A stretch of DNA of 64,000 nucleotides from positions 402,814,001 to 402,878,000 of the forward strand of contig NC_091469.1 in assembly GCF_036971445.1 (NCBI RefSeq). Direction: 5' to 3'. Below, in pieces: positions 1-13,247 of this stretch. The position numbers were made by a program, and so were the translations under genes. Numbering within the stretch: position 1 is the first letter of the stretch; each line of letters starts with the position of its first letter. Below the pieces are notes generated by a model that saw only the letters and a list, made by a program, of their open reading frames with translations, ran no database searches and was not told the DNA's origin. This stretch comes from Narcine bancroftii. Its lineage: Eukaryota.

Positions 1-300
1 CCCTCTCGACCTTATTGATATCCTTCCTATAATATGGGGACCAGAACTGCACACAGTATTCCAAATTTGTCCTCACCAATGCCTTAAACAGTTTCAATGT
101 CACCTCCCAGCTCCTATATTCTATGCTTTGATTTATAAATGCGAGCATACCAAAAGCTTTCTTCACCATTCTATCCACATGAGATTCCACCTTCAAAGAA
201 TGATGAACTGTTATTCCAAGATCTCTCTGTTCCTCTGCATTCCTCAATGCCCTCCCCTTCATTGCATATGTCCTGTTTTGATTATTCATCCCAAAATGCA
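1..300 (-). mobile_element. CR1-clade LINE fragment (RT C-terminal part)
   Basis: Closely similar to 33020-33320, whose minus strand encodes the CR1-like peptide QRDLRIMVH...LVRLNL. Confidence 0.8.
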
Positions 301-988
301 AAAAAAGATATTATTCCTTTTGTGTTGTGATCAATATAATAAGAGGTTCAAGAGCCTGATACCTGTTGGAACCAAGATTTGCTGATCTTTAGCAAGCACC
401 TCAAATAGATGTCTTCACTGGATGAAAGATCAAAGCCTTTGCTGGACCTGGCTATGTTTGCTACCTTCTCCAGCCTTCTGCATTGTTGGGCACTCGAATT
501 ACCAAATCAGGCTATGATGTAACTAGTCAGTATTCAGAAGCTTGATGGAGTGTTTAAATTATGCCAATCTCCTCAAAATACTTAGAAAATATCAGTGTTG
601 GTGTGCCTTCTTCACAGTTGCCTGGTATTGTTCAAGATTGAATTTGATTTGCTTCATTTCAATATGTCTAAATATCTTATTTACCTTTATCCATTGTTAT
701 TTCTCATCTACCCAAATTTTTAATCCATCTTTTATCCTTTTCGCTTAAATCCAATGGCTTTTACTCCCACAACCAATCTGACCTGTAGTCCCTTGACAAT
801 ATGATTGAGTATATGTGTATTATGTCAAAGATGCTGCCTGACTTGCCGAGTATTACCAGCACCTTCTGTTTTTATATTGGATTTAAAGCATTTGCAGAAA
901 TGGCTTTTGTGTTTCCCTCATAAGCACTATTTGTTGCATCAAAAGATTAATGATTAGTTAGACCACCCAAGTAATTTCTAATTGTGCA

Positions 989-2002
989 CAGTAAAATCCC
1001 CATGATCTGGCATCCATGGGGATCGTAAATGCTGGAAATGCTAATTTTATGGTTGAGTGAGACTCGCTCTTACAATGCCTGACTTAGTACACCTGCATTA
1101 AGAATACACCGTTTATAAGACAAAAGACAGTGGAAAATGTAAAGTAATTTGGAAAAAAAAATCAACGGTAGTCTTCATAATGTAAACTTCTCTTTAATCT
1201 AGTAATTCCCGTAATTTGCAAAATTTAAATTCAAACTCCGGTCACTGGTGCTGTAACAGTTTTGTGCTAGCCACTTTACTAACTGCGCCACCGTCAAAAT
1301 TAAACCCCCTTCCCCAAGTTTAAAGATCAAGCCTTACCTATTAGCAATACCTATTGCTAATAAAGATATAGACTCTTACGAGGCAGGGATAGATAAATAT
1401 TTTGGGAGAGTCGCCCCTGCGATGAGCAGTATTAACCGGCTCTTCATCTTGGTGTCCCTGTCTGACACTCTGCGCAATCCGAATCACCTCCTGGTCAGGT
1501 CTTCATCTCACCTTCCTTTAAATTCGAACCCCAGTCACTGGCACTGTAACAGAATTCCACTATCTGCTACACTAGCTGTGCTGCCATCATAATTACACCC
1601 CCCCCCCCCACAAAGTTTACAGATAAAGCCTTACTAATATACTTAAAAATATAACAATAAAGATGGAGACTCTTACTATGCAAGGATAGGAAGACACTTT
1701 GAGATAGTCACCCAAGCAGCACTGACTGGCTTGGCTCTTCATCTTGGCTGCCACCATTTTATACAAACATAACTACATTGAAACTTTAATCAAACAGCTG
1801 CTGCGAGCAGGGCACAACAAGGCAGTCCCGCTGGCTGAAAACTTGCTCCCAAGGGGTTGTGTGTTGCTTTGGAGAACATTTACAATTTTAAGCTATTATT
1901 TTACAACTTTATTTATTCTAATTTTTTTTAATATTTCCTCATAATTTTAGCCATTTGTTTGGGTTTCCGGTTGATTGAGTGCTGTATAATGGGGATTTTA
2001 CT
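989..2002. mobile_element. Non-autonomous DNA transposon (Tc1/mariner-pogo-like ends) with an internal ~230-bp duplication
   Basis: TIR AGTAAAATCCCCA (990-1002) / TGGGGATTTTACT (1990-2002); internal diverged direct repeats at 1224-1452 and 1517-1747. Confidence 0.7.
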
Positions 2003-2592
2003 CAACCTCTTTTTTTATATAAAAACAAATTACTGCTGATATCCAATATGTTCACGATCAATGTCAGGTTGGATTTCCTGTGATGAATTCCCCTCATTTC
2101 TTTAACCAATGGTTCCACATCAGCAACCTTCCAATCCTTGAGTTTTATGCCTTTAAAGTGAGAAGCTATGTGTATTGAAACCATGTTTGGATCTGAATCC
2201 TGATGTACAGTATTGCAATTTGTCAAAGAAGTGTTTACAATTGTAAAATTGAAAATGAATATTTTCAAATCTTTAAATGCCTTCTTTACTGATTGAAATT
2301 AATCTTGGACCAAGCAAAGTTTGACATTAAGGAAAAATATCTCATTCTCATATTGTAATTTATGCTCTTGAATTATTTTTTTCTCTGTTAAAAGTACATA
2401 TTGAAGACATTTCACTAATTTATTATTAATACAATGCCTCTTTCAGTAACTTCCACAATTATTGTCTCTTTATTGGAAGTCAACATACGATCTGACCCTC
2501 CCCTATGGATTCTAAGTTCATGATTTGCTTTTATTATTATAACCAGCATTATTAGTCTTGTACCAATTAATTTCTAATTCTTTTCTCTCAAG

Positions 2593-2795
2593 GCAATGAA
2601 TATCCAAGGCAGACTCAAGTTTCTTTATGAACAGAATATGAAGGGAAAAGATGGCTCAATTATCCCCCCACAGTTGGCATTGTTTGCAATAGCAAAGCCT
2701 CTACAACCTCCGTCCATTCTGGAAATCCGAACCAAAAATTTCATTTTCAGAACCAAACACAAATTGGACTTCACACCGATGGGATGCGATGCTAA
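2593..2795 (+). CDS. AHR: Aryl hydrocarbon receptor, internal exon (equivalent to exon 7; end of PAS-A region and start of PAS-B)
   Basis: Acceptor ttttctctcaAG at 2591-2592, donor GTAAG at 2796; 203 bp. Encodes [11 protein letters not shown]...[44 protein letters not shown], diagnostic of vertebrate AHR. Confidence 0.97.
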
Positions 2796-2970
2796 GTAAG
2801 TAGAAAATATTTGCTACAACATTTTAGCAAGATATTTTGTAAAATATCATATAATTTCTTTAATTTGTATGTTAAATTGCAGAAATTGTTCAATATGTCA
2901 AGTGCTCAAGGACCAAGTAATTTAAACATCTAATTATATGTAGAAATCGACCGGTGTGTTTATTAAGCAG

Positions 2971-3156
2971 CACTGACAAAAGGCAAAGGAGGAAAAACCC
3001 AACACCCAACCCCAACCCACCAATTTTCCCCTGCAACCGCTGCAATCGTGCCTGCCTGTCCCGCATCGGACTTGTCAGCCACAAACGAGCCTGCAGCTGA
3101 CGTGGACTTTTTACCCCCTCCATAAATCTTCGTCCGCGAAGCCAAACCAAAGAAAA
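2971..3156 (+). mobile_element. Young RTE LINE, 3'-terminal fragment in an AHR intron
   Basis: Near-identical to the 3' ends of the other RTE copies; ends CTTCGTCCGCGAAGCCAAACCAAAGAAAAA. Confidence 0.9.
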
Positions 3157-4004
3157 ATGTAAAACTGAAAAATAATTTGAGATCAGGTAGCATTTTGCTC
3201 AGTCACGAAATAAATATTCTGGTAGATCAGAAGGTTTGCTCAGATGATTTTACATTATCAATCCAGAAAAATGCTACAGCTTGATCCAATATTAAGTAAT
3301 TCTACATTCCCACCGGGCAGTCATATGGTAAGAAAGTAAAGAACTATACATTATGAACTCTGCAAGGGTTGTGCACATCTGATTTATGTACATTTAGAGT
3401 AGAACAGTGTCAGCCTAGATTTTTGCACATGTAATCCACAACTTTTTGATAAGTTTCAGATGCCTGAGTCACAGATCATGCAGCAAGGACAAAGGAATAA
3501 TAACCACATAGCCTGTAAATACCAGATATAAAACAACAGGATGACCTAATGATCTGCAAAAATATGCTATTGTTCAGAATTTTTGGGTATGCACTCTTGT
3601 AACCAGAACACACTATCTCCATTATATATTGAATCTGTCTCAGACTTGAAGGATATCAATGCTTCTGGAAAGGCTGCAGGGAGAAGCAAGGATGTCATAG
3701 AAACTATTTATTACCAAGAAAGGCTCCGAGAGAATCATTTATATTAGCCTTGGTTTGGGATTTGCAACAATGAGATTTTCAATACAGTTATCAGATTGAA
3801 TGTAATATTTAAAGAGCTATTCAACAAAAATTGTGGTAGTGACCATAGAGGATCAAGTAGGAAGGAGTCAAGTTAAATAACTGACAGTGTATGATTTCAC
3901 AGTGGGCCTTTGGGGATGGATATAGCAAGTATGAACTTAGAATCCATAAAATGATTTGATAGATTGTTGAAGTAGGGGATAATGAGCCATATCAAAATGT
4001 GAAA

Positions 4005-6660
4005 GTTATATTTCAAGTCAAGTTTATTGTCATCTGATTGTACAAGTAAAACCTGACGAAACAGCATTCTCTGGTCCTCAGTGTAAAAACATACAGACAC
4101 ACAACCAGATAAAACATACATACAGACAAATATGAGGACAAATATTATATCTACATAAATAAATTCAAATGAGTGTTTCTGATAGTTAGTATGAGCAGTT
4201 CCTTTGGTCATTCAGCATTCTCACTGCCCATTGGAAGAAGCTGTTCCTCAGCCTGGTGGTGCTGGCTCTGATACTCTCTGCATTCTCTTCCCTGACAAGT
4301 GCAGCTGAAAGATGCTGTGTGCAGGTTGGAAAGGGTCATCTATGATTTTATGCGCCCTCTTCACACAACAATCCTGCTAAATCACATCGATGGTGGGGAG
4401 CAGGGGGGTGTGATGTGGAGAAAGCCTCCAGTGATCCTCTATGCCACTCTTATGGTCCTGTGGATTGACCTCCAATCCATTTCTCAGCAGCAAACATACC
4501 ACAATGTGATGCAACTGGCCAGGACACTCTCGATAGAGCTCAGAAGGTTAACATAATGGTGGCTGGTAGCCTTGCCCACTTCAGTCTTCTTTGGAAGTGT
4601 AGTTGCTGTTGGGCCTTCATGATAAGTGAGAAGATGTTGAGTTTCCACGATAGTTAAGTGAACTCCAAGGAATTTAGTTCTCTCCACTCTCTACGACAGA
4701 GTTGTTGATGTTTAGTGGAGGGTGGTCATTCCTGGTCCCCCTGAAGTCCACGTCTTGTCCACGTTGAAACTCAAGTTGTTATTCTCGCACAATTTCATGA
4801 GATTTTCCACTTCTTCTTTGTAATGCGATTTGTCATTGTTGTTGATGAGACCAACTACTGTTGTATCGTTTACAAACTTGATGACGCTGTTGGAGCTGGA
4901 TCTGGTGATACAGTCATGGGTCAGTAGCGAGAACAGGAGTGGGCTGAGCACACAGCCCTGAGGTGTGCCAGTGCTCAGTGTTTTGGTGCTCATTATTCTG
5001 CTATTGACCCAGACAGACTGTGGTCTGTTAGGAAGTCCAGGATCCAATTACAGAGAGGAGTATTGAGTCTCAGCAAGGACAGCTACTCCACCAGCCTCTG
5101 TAGAATTATCGTATTAAATGCTGAGCTGAAGTCAATGAACACAGACTGGCATATGAAATGTTGTTCTCCAGGTGGGCCAGGATAGAGTGAAGCGACAAGG
5201 CTATAGCATCATCTGTGGAACAATTTCTTCTATATGCAAATTGAAATTGATCCAGCGTCCCAGAGAGGTGTGATATTACACGTTCCATCACCAGACGCTC
5301 AAAGCATTTCATCATGGTGGAGATCAGTGCCACAGAGAGGTAGTCATTGAGACCTGTTATTGTTGCCCTCTTGATTACTGGAATGATGGTGGCTGTCTTG
5401 AACCCTGTGGAATTAATGGACTGCTGCAGTGAGGTGTTGAACATGTCTGTGAAGATCTCTGTAAGTTGGTCTGTGCTGTCCTTCAATACCCGACCAGGTA
5501 TGTTGTCTGGTCCCATTGCATTGCGTCGGTTCACTTGGCCGTGTCTATGCGGGGCGCTAGTTCATCAGGGGCACACGGAGTTTTCTCTGACATCATCCTG
5601 TTCTTCTCATCAAACCATGCATAGAAGGGCTTCAGTCTGTCCCAAAGGGAGATGTTATTGTCCTTAATTTGTACGGTTGACGGGTGTTCCATTATAGTCT
5701 TGATCCCTTGCCACATGTGCCTTGTGTCACACAGCTGTCCATGGATCTTCTGTGTGTACCCTTGCTTTGCCTTACAGATTGCAAGGGAGAGTTCAGCCCT
5801 GACTGATCTTAGTGCCATCCTATCCCTTATCCTGAAGGCAGCATCACAAACTCTGAGAAGGGCCTGGACTTCTGTATTCAACCATGGTTCCTGGTTGTGA
5901 AACATTTGATCTCAGTGACATCCTTGTGCACTTGCCGATGTAGCCAGTCACTGAGCTCCTGTACACTTCTATGTTTAAGTGACCATTATAGGTGGCTACC
6001 TCCCTGAAACTACTCCAATTTGTGTGACCGAGAATTTCCTAAGCAGGTAGAAATGTCTGCATTTCACCAGGAAGTAATCTCTCTGCTGAGCAGAAGGTCT
6101 TCACAATGAAGATGTTGGCGTACCAGTTAAAATGCACAGACCACCTGCATGAGTCTTGCCAGAAGCAGCAGTATCTCTGTCTGCCTTGAAGGAGATAAGG
6201 CCATCCAGCTGGATTACTGAGTCTGGAATTATGTCCTGGAGCCAGGTTTCTGTAATCACCAAAGCACAGCAGCCCTGCAGTTCACTCTGGTTCAGCTACA
6301 GTCTCAGGTAATCCATTTTCTCTTCCAGCGATCTTATATTTGAGAGTAAGATCATTGGGAGCACGAGTTTGAAGGGGTTAACTCTCAGTCTTACCCTGAT
6401 GCCGGCCAATTTTCCACACTTCTGTCTTCTCCAGCAGTGCTTCCAATGACCTCCCGCGCGTCTCCTGTGATCCGCTCCGCAGTTTACAGCAGTCTCTGTT
6501 CTCCGATTCAGTAGGTTTAAACTGCACAGGATCTTACTGATCCATTAATTTGAAAGTTCAGTTCATGTTTTGTATTTTGACATGAGTTTTTTAATCGTAG
6601 ATGCCACATAGTGGGTGGGGGTTTCACCATTGTAAGGAGCCGAAGTGACTGCTACAACCT
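4005..6660 (-). mobile_element. Rex1/Babar-clade LINE, long degenerate copy (APE endonuclease plus RT)
   Basis: Minus-strand peptides GPDNIPGRVLK, MKCFERLV, QFAYRRN.STDDAI, PQGCVLSPLLFSLLTHDC, KFVNDTTVVGLI; endonuclease remnant ITETWL near 6240; many frameshifts. Confidence 0.85.
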
Positions 6661-7105
6661 TGTGTGCCCCCTTCTTGGAGAAAAAAATCGTATTAATTCT
6701 AATGGAACCCAGCTTCTTGGAATAAATAAGTGTCATCAAAAACAAATGACCTGACCTTTCATTTCATTGCATTTTAGGGAATTTTGCTGACCAGAAAGAT
6801 ATGTTTGCCAATCAGTACCAGAACCACACTACTCTATAATAAATTTCTTTATGTGAAATGGTTGATTTGTTCCAGGGATGTAATAAACAACAATATAAAT
6901 TCACATCAGTCATAGAGTTGTACAGCATAGAACCAGGCAATTTGGCCCACCACATCAATGCTGACCATCATGTCTGTCCACATAAAACCCATTTGGCTGA
7001 ATTAATTGTGTGTCCTTTTCAAGTACCAATCCACAAACCCCTTAAATGATGTTACTGTTCCTGCCTCCACTAGTTAATCAGGCATCTGATTCCAGATACC
7101 AACTA

Positions 7106-7531
7106 CAGTACAACACTGATTATCCAAAATCAGATTTTCTGAAATCCTCAATTATCTGATTTTTTTTTTAATTGGATAATCAAGGATATCCAAAATCCTC
7201 ATTTATCCAAATTTTTATTGGTGCCGAGCTGACCAGGAGCCTCGGGCTCCCAACGGTAGCAGCAGACCTCAGGCTCCTGGATAGGAGTGGGACCCTTAAG
7301 CTCCCAGCTCTAGCAGGGCCTTGGTGAGGAGCTGTCGGTGATCAGTGGTGGCCAGCATTTTTTTTGGTGAGTATTAAGCATTATTTTAATACTTACAAAA
7401 GCCTTCCCTTGTTGTTTAAACGCTGTTACAAGTAATTTGCTGTTGCTACTGGGCTGTTTTTTTAAAAAATGACCAGTCTCCAAAAAAAATAGGCCCAATC
7501 CTGACCATTTTGGATAATCGGAGTTGTACTG
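7106..7531. mobile_element. MITE (Tc1/mariner-pogo type) with TA target duplication, inserted in a CR1 3' fragment
   Basis: TA|CAGTACAACACTGATTATCCAAAAT ... ATTTTGGATAATCGGAGTTGTACTG|TA. Confidence 0.88.
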
Positions 7532-7729
7532 TATTCTATGTGAGAAATATTTACTCCTCAGATGCTATTTGAACTTCCTCCCTCTCAGCTGATATCAATA
7601 CTGTCTAGTTTTAGATACACCTACCATTGTACTGTATTCTATGTGAGAAATATTTACTCCTCAGATGCTATTTGAACTTCCTCCCTCTCAGCTAATGTCA
7701 ATACTGTCTAGCTTTAGATACACCTACCA
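7524..7729. repeat. Tandem duplication, 2 x 103 bp
   Basis: 7524-7626 and 7627-7729 differ by about 3 substitutions. Confidence 0.92.
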
Positions 7730-8169
7730 GAGGAAACAGACAACAGTTACATTTCTTATCTGTGCCTCATTTATATTCCTCTATCATGTCAGCCTTTTCA
7801 CTAGAGAAAATAGGCACAGCCTATCCAATCTTTCCTTATCAGTCAACCTTTCCAATTCAGGCAAGGTCCTTATGAATCATTTCCTATCGTGTGGTAACCA
7901 GAACTGCCTCACCAATGTTTTGTGAAAATTGTATACTCAATTCCTCAGCTGATGAAGCCAAGCTTGCCATAGGCCTGCTACACCACCACAACTTGCAGGT
8001 AAGTAGCTATTTGTGCAGCAGGATCTCTCCCTTTCACAATACATTCCAGGGTTTTGGTGTTCTCTATGTATTTCCTGTCCTGGTTTAACTTCCCAAAGCT
8101 CACACTTGTTGACTTCCATCTACCATTCCCTTGCCAACATTCTCAGTTGATATGCAACTTCACAAGTTC

Positions 8170-8768
8170 ACAAAATGTTAGAGCAGAAGTAGGCCAATCA
8201 GCCTGATGAGCATTTAATCATGATCACTCATCCTCACTCCACAACCTTCTCCCTGTAAGCCTTGATGCCGACAAATCAAATACCTATCAATTTCTGTCTT
8301 AAATACACCCAAGTAACTCACTTCCACTGCCGCCTGTGGCAACAAGTTCCACAGATTCACGACCCTCTGGCTAAAGAAATTTCTCTGCATTTCTGTTTTA
8401 AATTGACACCCCTTTTATCCTGAAATTACACCCTCTTGTCATAGAATCCCCTACCATGGGAAACATCCTTGCCACATATACTCTGTCCATGTTTTTCAGC
8501 ATTCAACATGTCTCTGAGTCCCACCCCCAATCCTTCTCTACAGTCCAAGAGCCGACAAATGTTCCTCATATGCTAATCCTTTCATTCCTGGTATAATTCT
8601 AGTAAATATTTTCTGAACTATCTCCAATTCTAGCATGACCTTTCTCAAATAAAGTGCCCAAAACTGTACACAGTACTCCAAGTGAGGTCTCACCAGCACC
8701 CTATAGAGTCCCAACATTACATCGTTGCTCATGTTCACTATTCCTTCAGAAGTGAATGCCAACATTGT
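8170..8768 (-). mobile_element. CR1 LINE 3' fragment
   Basis: Peptide LYRVLVRPHLEYCVQFW...LEIVQKIFTRIIPGMKGLAYEE. Confidence 0.88.
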
Positions 8769-8773
8769 GGTTT

Positions 8774-9640
8774 ACACTAAGATTGGAGATGTTGAGGACA
8801 GCGATGAAGATTTTCAAAGCTTGCAGAGGGATCTGGACCAGTTGGAAAAATAGGATTAAAAAATGGCAGATGGAATTTAATGCAGACAGCTGTGAGGTGT
8901 TGCATTTTGGAAGAACAAACAAAGAAAGGACATACGTGGTTAATGGTAGGACACTGATGAGTGTGGTAGAATAGAGGAACCTGGAAATATAGATAAATAA
9001 TTCCCTGAAAGTGGCATCACAGGTAGATAGGGTTGTAAAGAGAGGTTTTGGCATATAGGCCTTCATAAATCAACGTATAGGAGTGGAATGTTATGGTAAA
9101 GTTGTATATGACATTGTTAAGGCCAATTTTGAGGTATTGTGTGCACTTTTGGTCACCTAACTACAGGAAAGATAGCGATAGGTTAGAAAGAATGCAAAAA
9201 AAATTACTAGGATGTTGTCTGGACTTTAGGAACTGAGTTTCCTGGAGTGTAGAAGAATGAGGGGATATTTGATGGAGGTATTTAAAATTATGAGGGGGAT
9301 AGACAGAGTAAATGTAGATAGGCATTTTTTTCCACTGAGAGTAGGTAAGATACAAAGCAGAAAACATGGGTAAAGAGTGAAACTAGAGAAGTTTAAGGGA
9401 AACATGAGGGTGAACTTCTTCACAGAGTGATGGGAGTGTGAAATGAACTATCAGCTGAGGTGGTGAATGCTGGCTCAGTTTTAACATTTATAAATAATTT
9501 GGACTGGTACATGGATGGGAGAGGTATGGAGGTCTATGGACTGGGTGCAGATCAGTGGGGGACGAAGCAAAAAAAAAATTTGGCACAGACTAGAAGGGCT
9601 GAAGGGCCTGTTTCTGTGCTGTAATGTTCTATGGTTGTAT
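8774..9640 (+). mobile_element. CR1 LINE 3' fragment (different subfamily, opposite orientation)
   Basis: Peptide KWQMEFNADSCEVLHFGRTN; CR1 3' end gggctgaagggcctgtttctgtgctgtaatgttctatgg. Confidence 0.88.
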
Positions 9641-10127
9641 TGCATTCACTTTCTTCACTGTCAACTCAGCCTGGAAGTTAATGAGGACTTGCAAGTCCCT
9701 TTGAACCTCTGAATTTTGTTGACCTTGAAATGTTGGACAACCTTTGCTGTCTATTTTGGAGTTAACAGCAAAATTACAACCAGGCTACATTCGTTCTTGG
9801 CCAAGTCACTAATATAAATTACCTTATACTACCACTTTCTGCCTCCAAGCATCAGTTGTTTCCAATTAGCTATCTCGCCCAGGTCTAATCTTCCAGACCA
9901 GTCCACCCCTGCACCATCATCAATCCATTCGGTCACCTCATCATAAAAAGAACTCCTAAGCCTACTAGTGTTTACAAATTTTGTCTTTATGAATTCCAAA
10001 TCATCTTACTCTGAATCAGTAACTATTCCACCACAATGACATAAGGCTCACCAGCCTATAATGTCCTGGCTTATTCCTACTGCCCTTCTTGAGTAAAGGC
10101 AGAATGTTAATTTTCTTCCAGTCTACA

Positions 10128-11415
10128 GATATGGAACCGTAGAAAACTACAGCATAGAAACAGGCCCCTTTGGCCCTTCTAATCAGTACTGAACTGTTTT
10201 TTTTTGTTTACCTAGTCGCACTAACCTGTATCTAGTACATAGTTCGCCATTCTACTCCCATCCATTCAGCTGTTCAAATCCATCTTAAATGTTAAAATTG
10301 AGCCGATATTCACCACCTTAGCTGGCAGCTTGTTCCACACTCTCACCACTCTCTGTGTGACGAAGTTTCCCCTTACGTTCCCCCTAAAACTTTCCCCTTT
10401 CACCTTTAACCCATGTCCCCTGGTTTGTATCTGGTTTGTACCTCAGTGAAAAAAGCCTATCTATATTTACTCTCTATCCCCCTCATAATTATAAATACCT
10501 GTATCAAATCTTCCTTCATTCTTCTACACTCCAGGGAATAAAGCCCTAACATGTTTGACCCTTCCCTGTAACTCAGTTCCTGAAGTCCAGCAAGCATTAT
10601 CCTAGTACACTAAATCTTCTCTACATTCTTTCTATCTTATTGATATATTTCCTGTAGTTATGTGATCAAATCTGCACACGATACTCTAAATTTGGCCTCA
10701 CCAATGTCTTGTACAACTTTACCATAACATCCCATCTCCTGTACTCAATATTTTGATTTATGAAGGCCAATAGGCCAAAAGAAACTCTTTGGATTTTCCT
10801 TCTCATTGTCTGCCAAAGGAACCTTGTGTCTTTTTTAGCCTTCCTGGTTTCTTTCTTGAGGTTTTTCTTGCATTTTTTACACTCCTCAAGTACCTCATTT
10901 GCTCCATGTTGCCTATTCCTTCTATACACCTCTCTCATCTTCTAAATCAGATTCCCAATATCCCTTGAAAAAGCAAGGTCCCCTATGCCTGCTAACTTAG
11001 CCTTTAATCCTGACAAGGAACATACAAACTCTATGGGCTCAAAATTTCACCTTTGAAGGTCCTCCACTTACCTTGCACATCCTTGCCTGAAAACAACTTA
11101 ACCCAATCCATGCATTCTAGATCCTTTCTCATTTACTCTAAATTAGCTTTTCTTCAATTTAGAATCTCTACCCAAGGCCCAGACCTAACTTTCTCCGTAA
11201 TTAACTTGAAACTAATGGCATTATGATCACTGGATCAAAAATGTTCCCCTACACATACTTCTGTCACCTGTTCTGTCTCATTCATTAATAGGAGATCCAG
11301 TATTGCTCTCTCTCTAGTTGGTACCTCTATATGTTGATTTAGAAAGCTTTCCTGAATACATTTGACAAACTCCAAGCCTTTTGCAGGATGGGAGTCCCAG
11401 TCAATATGTGGATAT
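10128..11415 (-). mobile_element. CR1 LINE ORF2 pieces with internal deletions
   Basis: Peptides LYKTLVRPNLEYRVQ and IQESFLNQHIEVPTRERAILDLLL; CR1 tail at about 10130-10190. Confidence 0.85.
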
Positions 11416-11429
11416 TTAACATACGTCAT

Positions 11430-12020
11430 TGGTCTCTACATGGACCACAACATCCGTCTGCTCACCCTCCCTCCTGAGAATGTCAAGAACTTGATCTTGG
11501 ATATCTCAGACCCTGGCATCAGGGAGGGCAACATACCATCCTGTATACCTGATCTCTTCCATAGAACCTCTTATCTTTCCCCCTAGCTATGGAATCCCCT
11601 ATCACTACACCTTGCCTCTTCTCCTCCCCTTTTTACCACAGGACCAGACTGCATGTCAAAGATCTAATCGCTGTGGCTTGTCCCTGGTAGTTCATTCCCT
11701 CCCAGCAGCATCCAAAATAGTATACTTGTTATTGAGAGGAACAGCCACACTGAACTATCTGCCTGTTCCATTTCCCTTTCCTGACTGTCACCCATCTATC
11801 CTCCTGCTCCTTCCTAGTTGTGACAATGTCCCTGTAATTCCTGTCTGTCAACCCCTCAACCTCTGAATAATCCGGAGTTCATCCAACTCCAGCTCCTATT
11901 CCTAAATTTGGCTTGTCAAGAACTGTATCTGAATGCACTTCTCACAGATGAAGTCCTCAGAGATACTGCTGGTTTCCTTGATGACCCACATTCTGCCAGA
12001 GGAGCTTTCCCCTGCCTAGG
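11430..12020 (-). mobile_element. CR1 ORF1 remnant (Cys motif plus SGNH-esterase-like region)
   Basis: Minus strand reads VVIGDSI (about 11590-11610), RMVCC and FICEKCIQ (about 11930-11950), typical of CR1 ORF1. Confidence 0.7.
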
Positions 12021-12369
12021 CTATTATTCCCACTGTTTGACTCGAGGAACAAAATGGATGATATACAAAACATGCCCTTACCCTGAATCCTTTTTGTTCC
12101 TTGAAAAGGGTGGCCCTTTCTTACTTCAACTCTTACTGTCCCTCACCTCTTACCTGTTCTCGCTGAAACCTATTGAGTCAAAGCCTTGCCTCTCTGACAA
12201 TGACCTCTCCATCAATGACCACTCCACTGCACACTCCCTCACTTTTATAGGGATACTCAGTTTCTTCCTCCAATCTCATCTCATCTGTGACTCAGCACTA
12301 TCCCAGATTTGGCTGAATGTGACCCACTGCCAGCACTCATCAGTGAACCTCATCACTATCAGGCACTCA

Positions 12370-12725
12370 ATTGGTCTTCTCAGGGACATTGGTGTCCCTA
12401 TACCAGATCGTAATGCAGCCGGTCAGCACACTTTTCACTACACATCTGCAGATGTTTGCCAAGGTTTCTGGTGTCATACCAAGCCTCCACAAACTCCTGA
12501 GGATGTAGAGGCATTGCTTTCTTCCCGATGCCATTTGTATGTTGGGTCCAGGAAAGATCCTCCGAGATAGTGACTCCAAATAACTTAAATTTGCTCATCC
12601 TCTCCACCTCTGATCCCCCCAATGATCACTGGACCTTTACTCTTCCTGAAGTCAACAATCAGCTCTGTGGTTTTGGTAACATTGAGTACGAGATTGTTGT
12701 TGGTGCATCATTCAGCCAAGTTTTG
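12370..12725 (-). mobile_element. Rex1/Babar LINE fragment
   Basis: Peptides FKLFGVTISEDLSWTQH and VVKSVLTGCITIWY. Confidence 0.8.
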
Positions 12726-13137
12726 AATTTACTGTTTTATTTAAAATTTAGTTTAGATTTTTTTCTTACGGAATATATACAATTGACTAATGCAGCTATT
12801 AGTAAGAGTTGCCGTGTTGGCAGCTGGCACTCTGAGCCTACAGCTGTTTAAATTTAATTTTGGAGGCTTCCATTTGGGTTGTTCTTTGCATGCGATAAAT
12901 TCCATTGATCTTGTATGTTGGAAAATTTCTATTTTTGGCATGCGATTGTTGGTCACATATAGTATTTGGCAAATGTGTGATTTATTAGAAGTACCAAAAG
13001 GTTTTATTTTTTTCTCAATGTATTTTGAAGGGGGAGAAAGTTTCACTTTAACGTTGTTTTGGACAAATTAGTTGGAAGTATATTATGCATGCAAACCTGG
13101 CTGGTATGTGCAAACAAAAATACTTTTGTTTCTGCAG

Positions 13138-13247
13138 AGGGAGGATTGTCCTTGGTTACACTGAGGCTGAATTATGCATGCGAGGAAGCGGCTATCAATT
13201 TATTCATGCAGCTGACATGATGTACTGTGCAGAAAACCATGTCCGAA
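13138..13247 (+). CDS. AHR: AHR internal exon (equivalent to exon 8; PAS-B ligand-binding domain)
   Basis: tttctgcAG acceptor, GTAAGT donor at 13248; 110 bp; phase matches the previous exon (AA|A). Encodes [36 protein letters not shown]. Confidence 0.97.

Noticed and set aside
2804-2848. Short AT-rich hairpins next to the first splice donor
   Set aside because: Low-complexity and short; compatible with chance.
8170-9640. Back-to-back CR1 pieces as one twin-primed insertion
   Set aside because: Each piece has its own 3' end and they cover the same region with different sequences; independent insertions are more likely.
11908-12570. 220-aa plus-strand ORF
   Set aside because: Antisense to CR1 ORF1 and Rex1 remnants; no recognisable domain.
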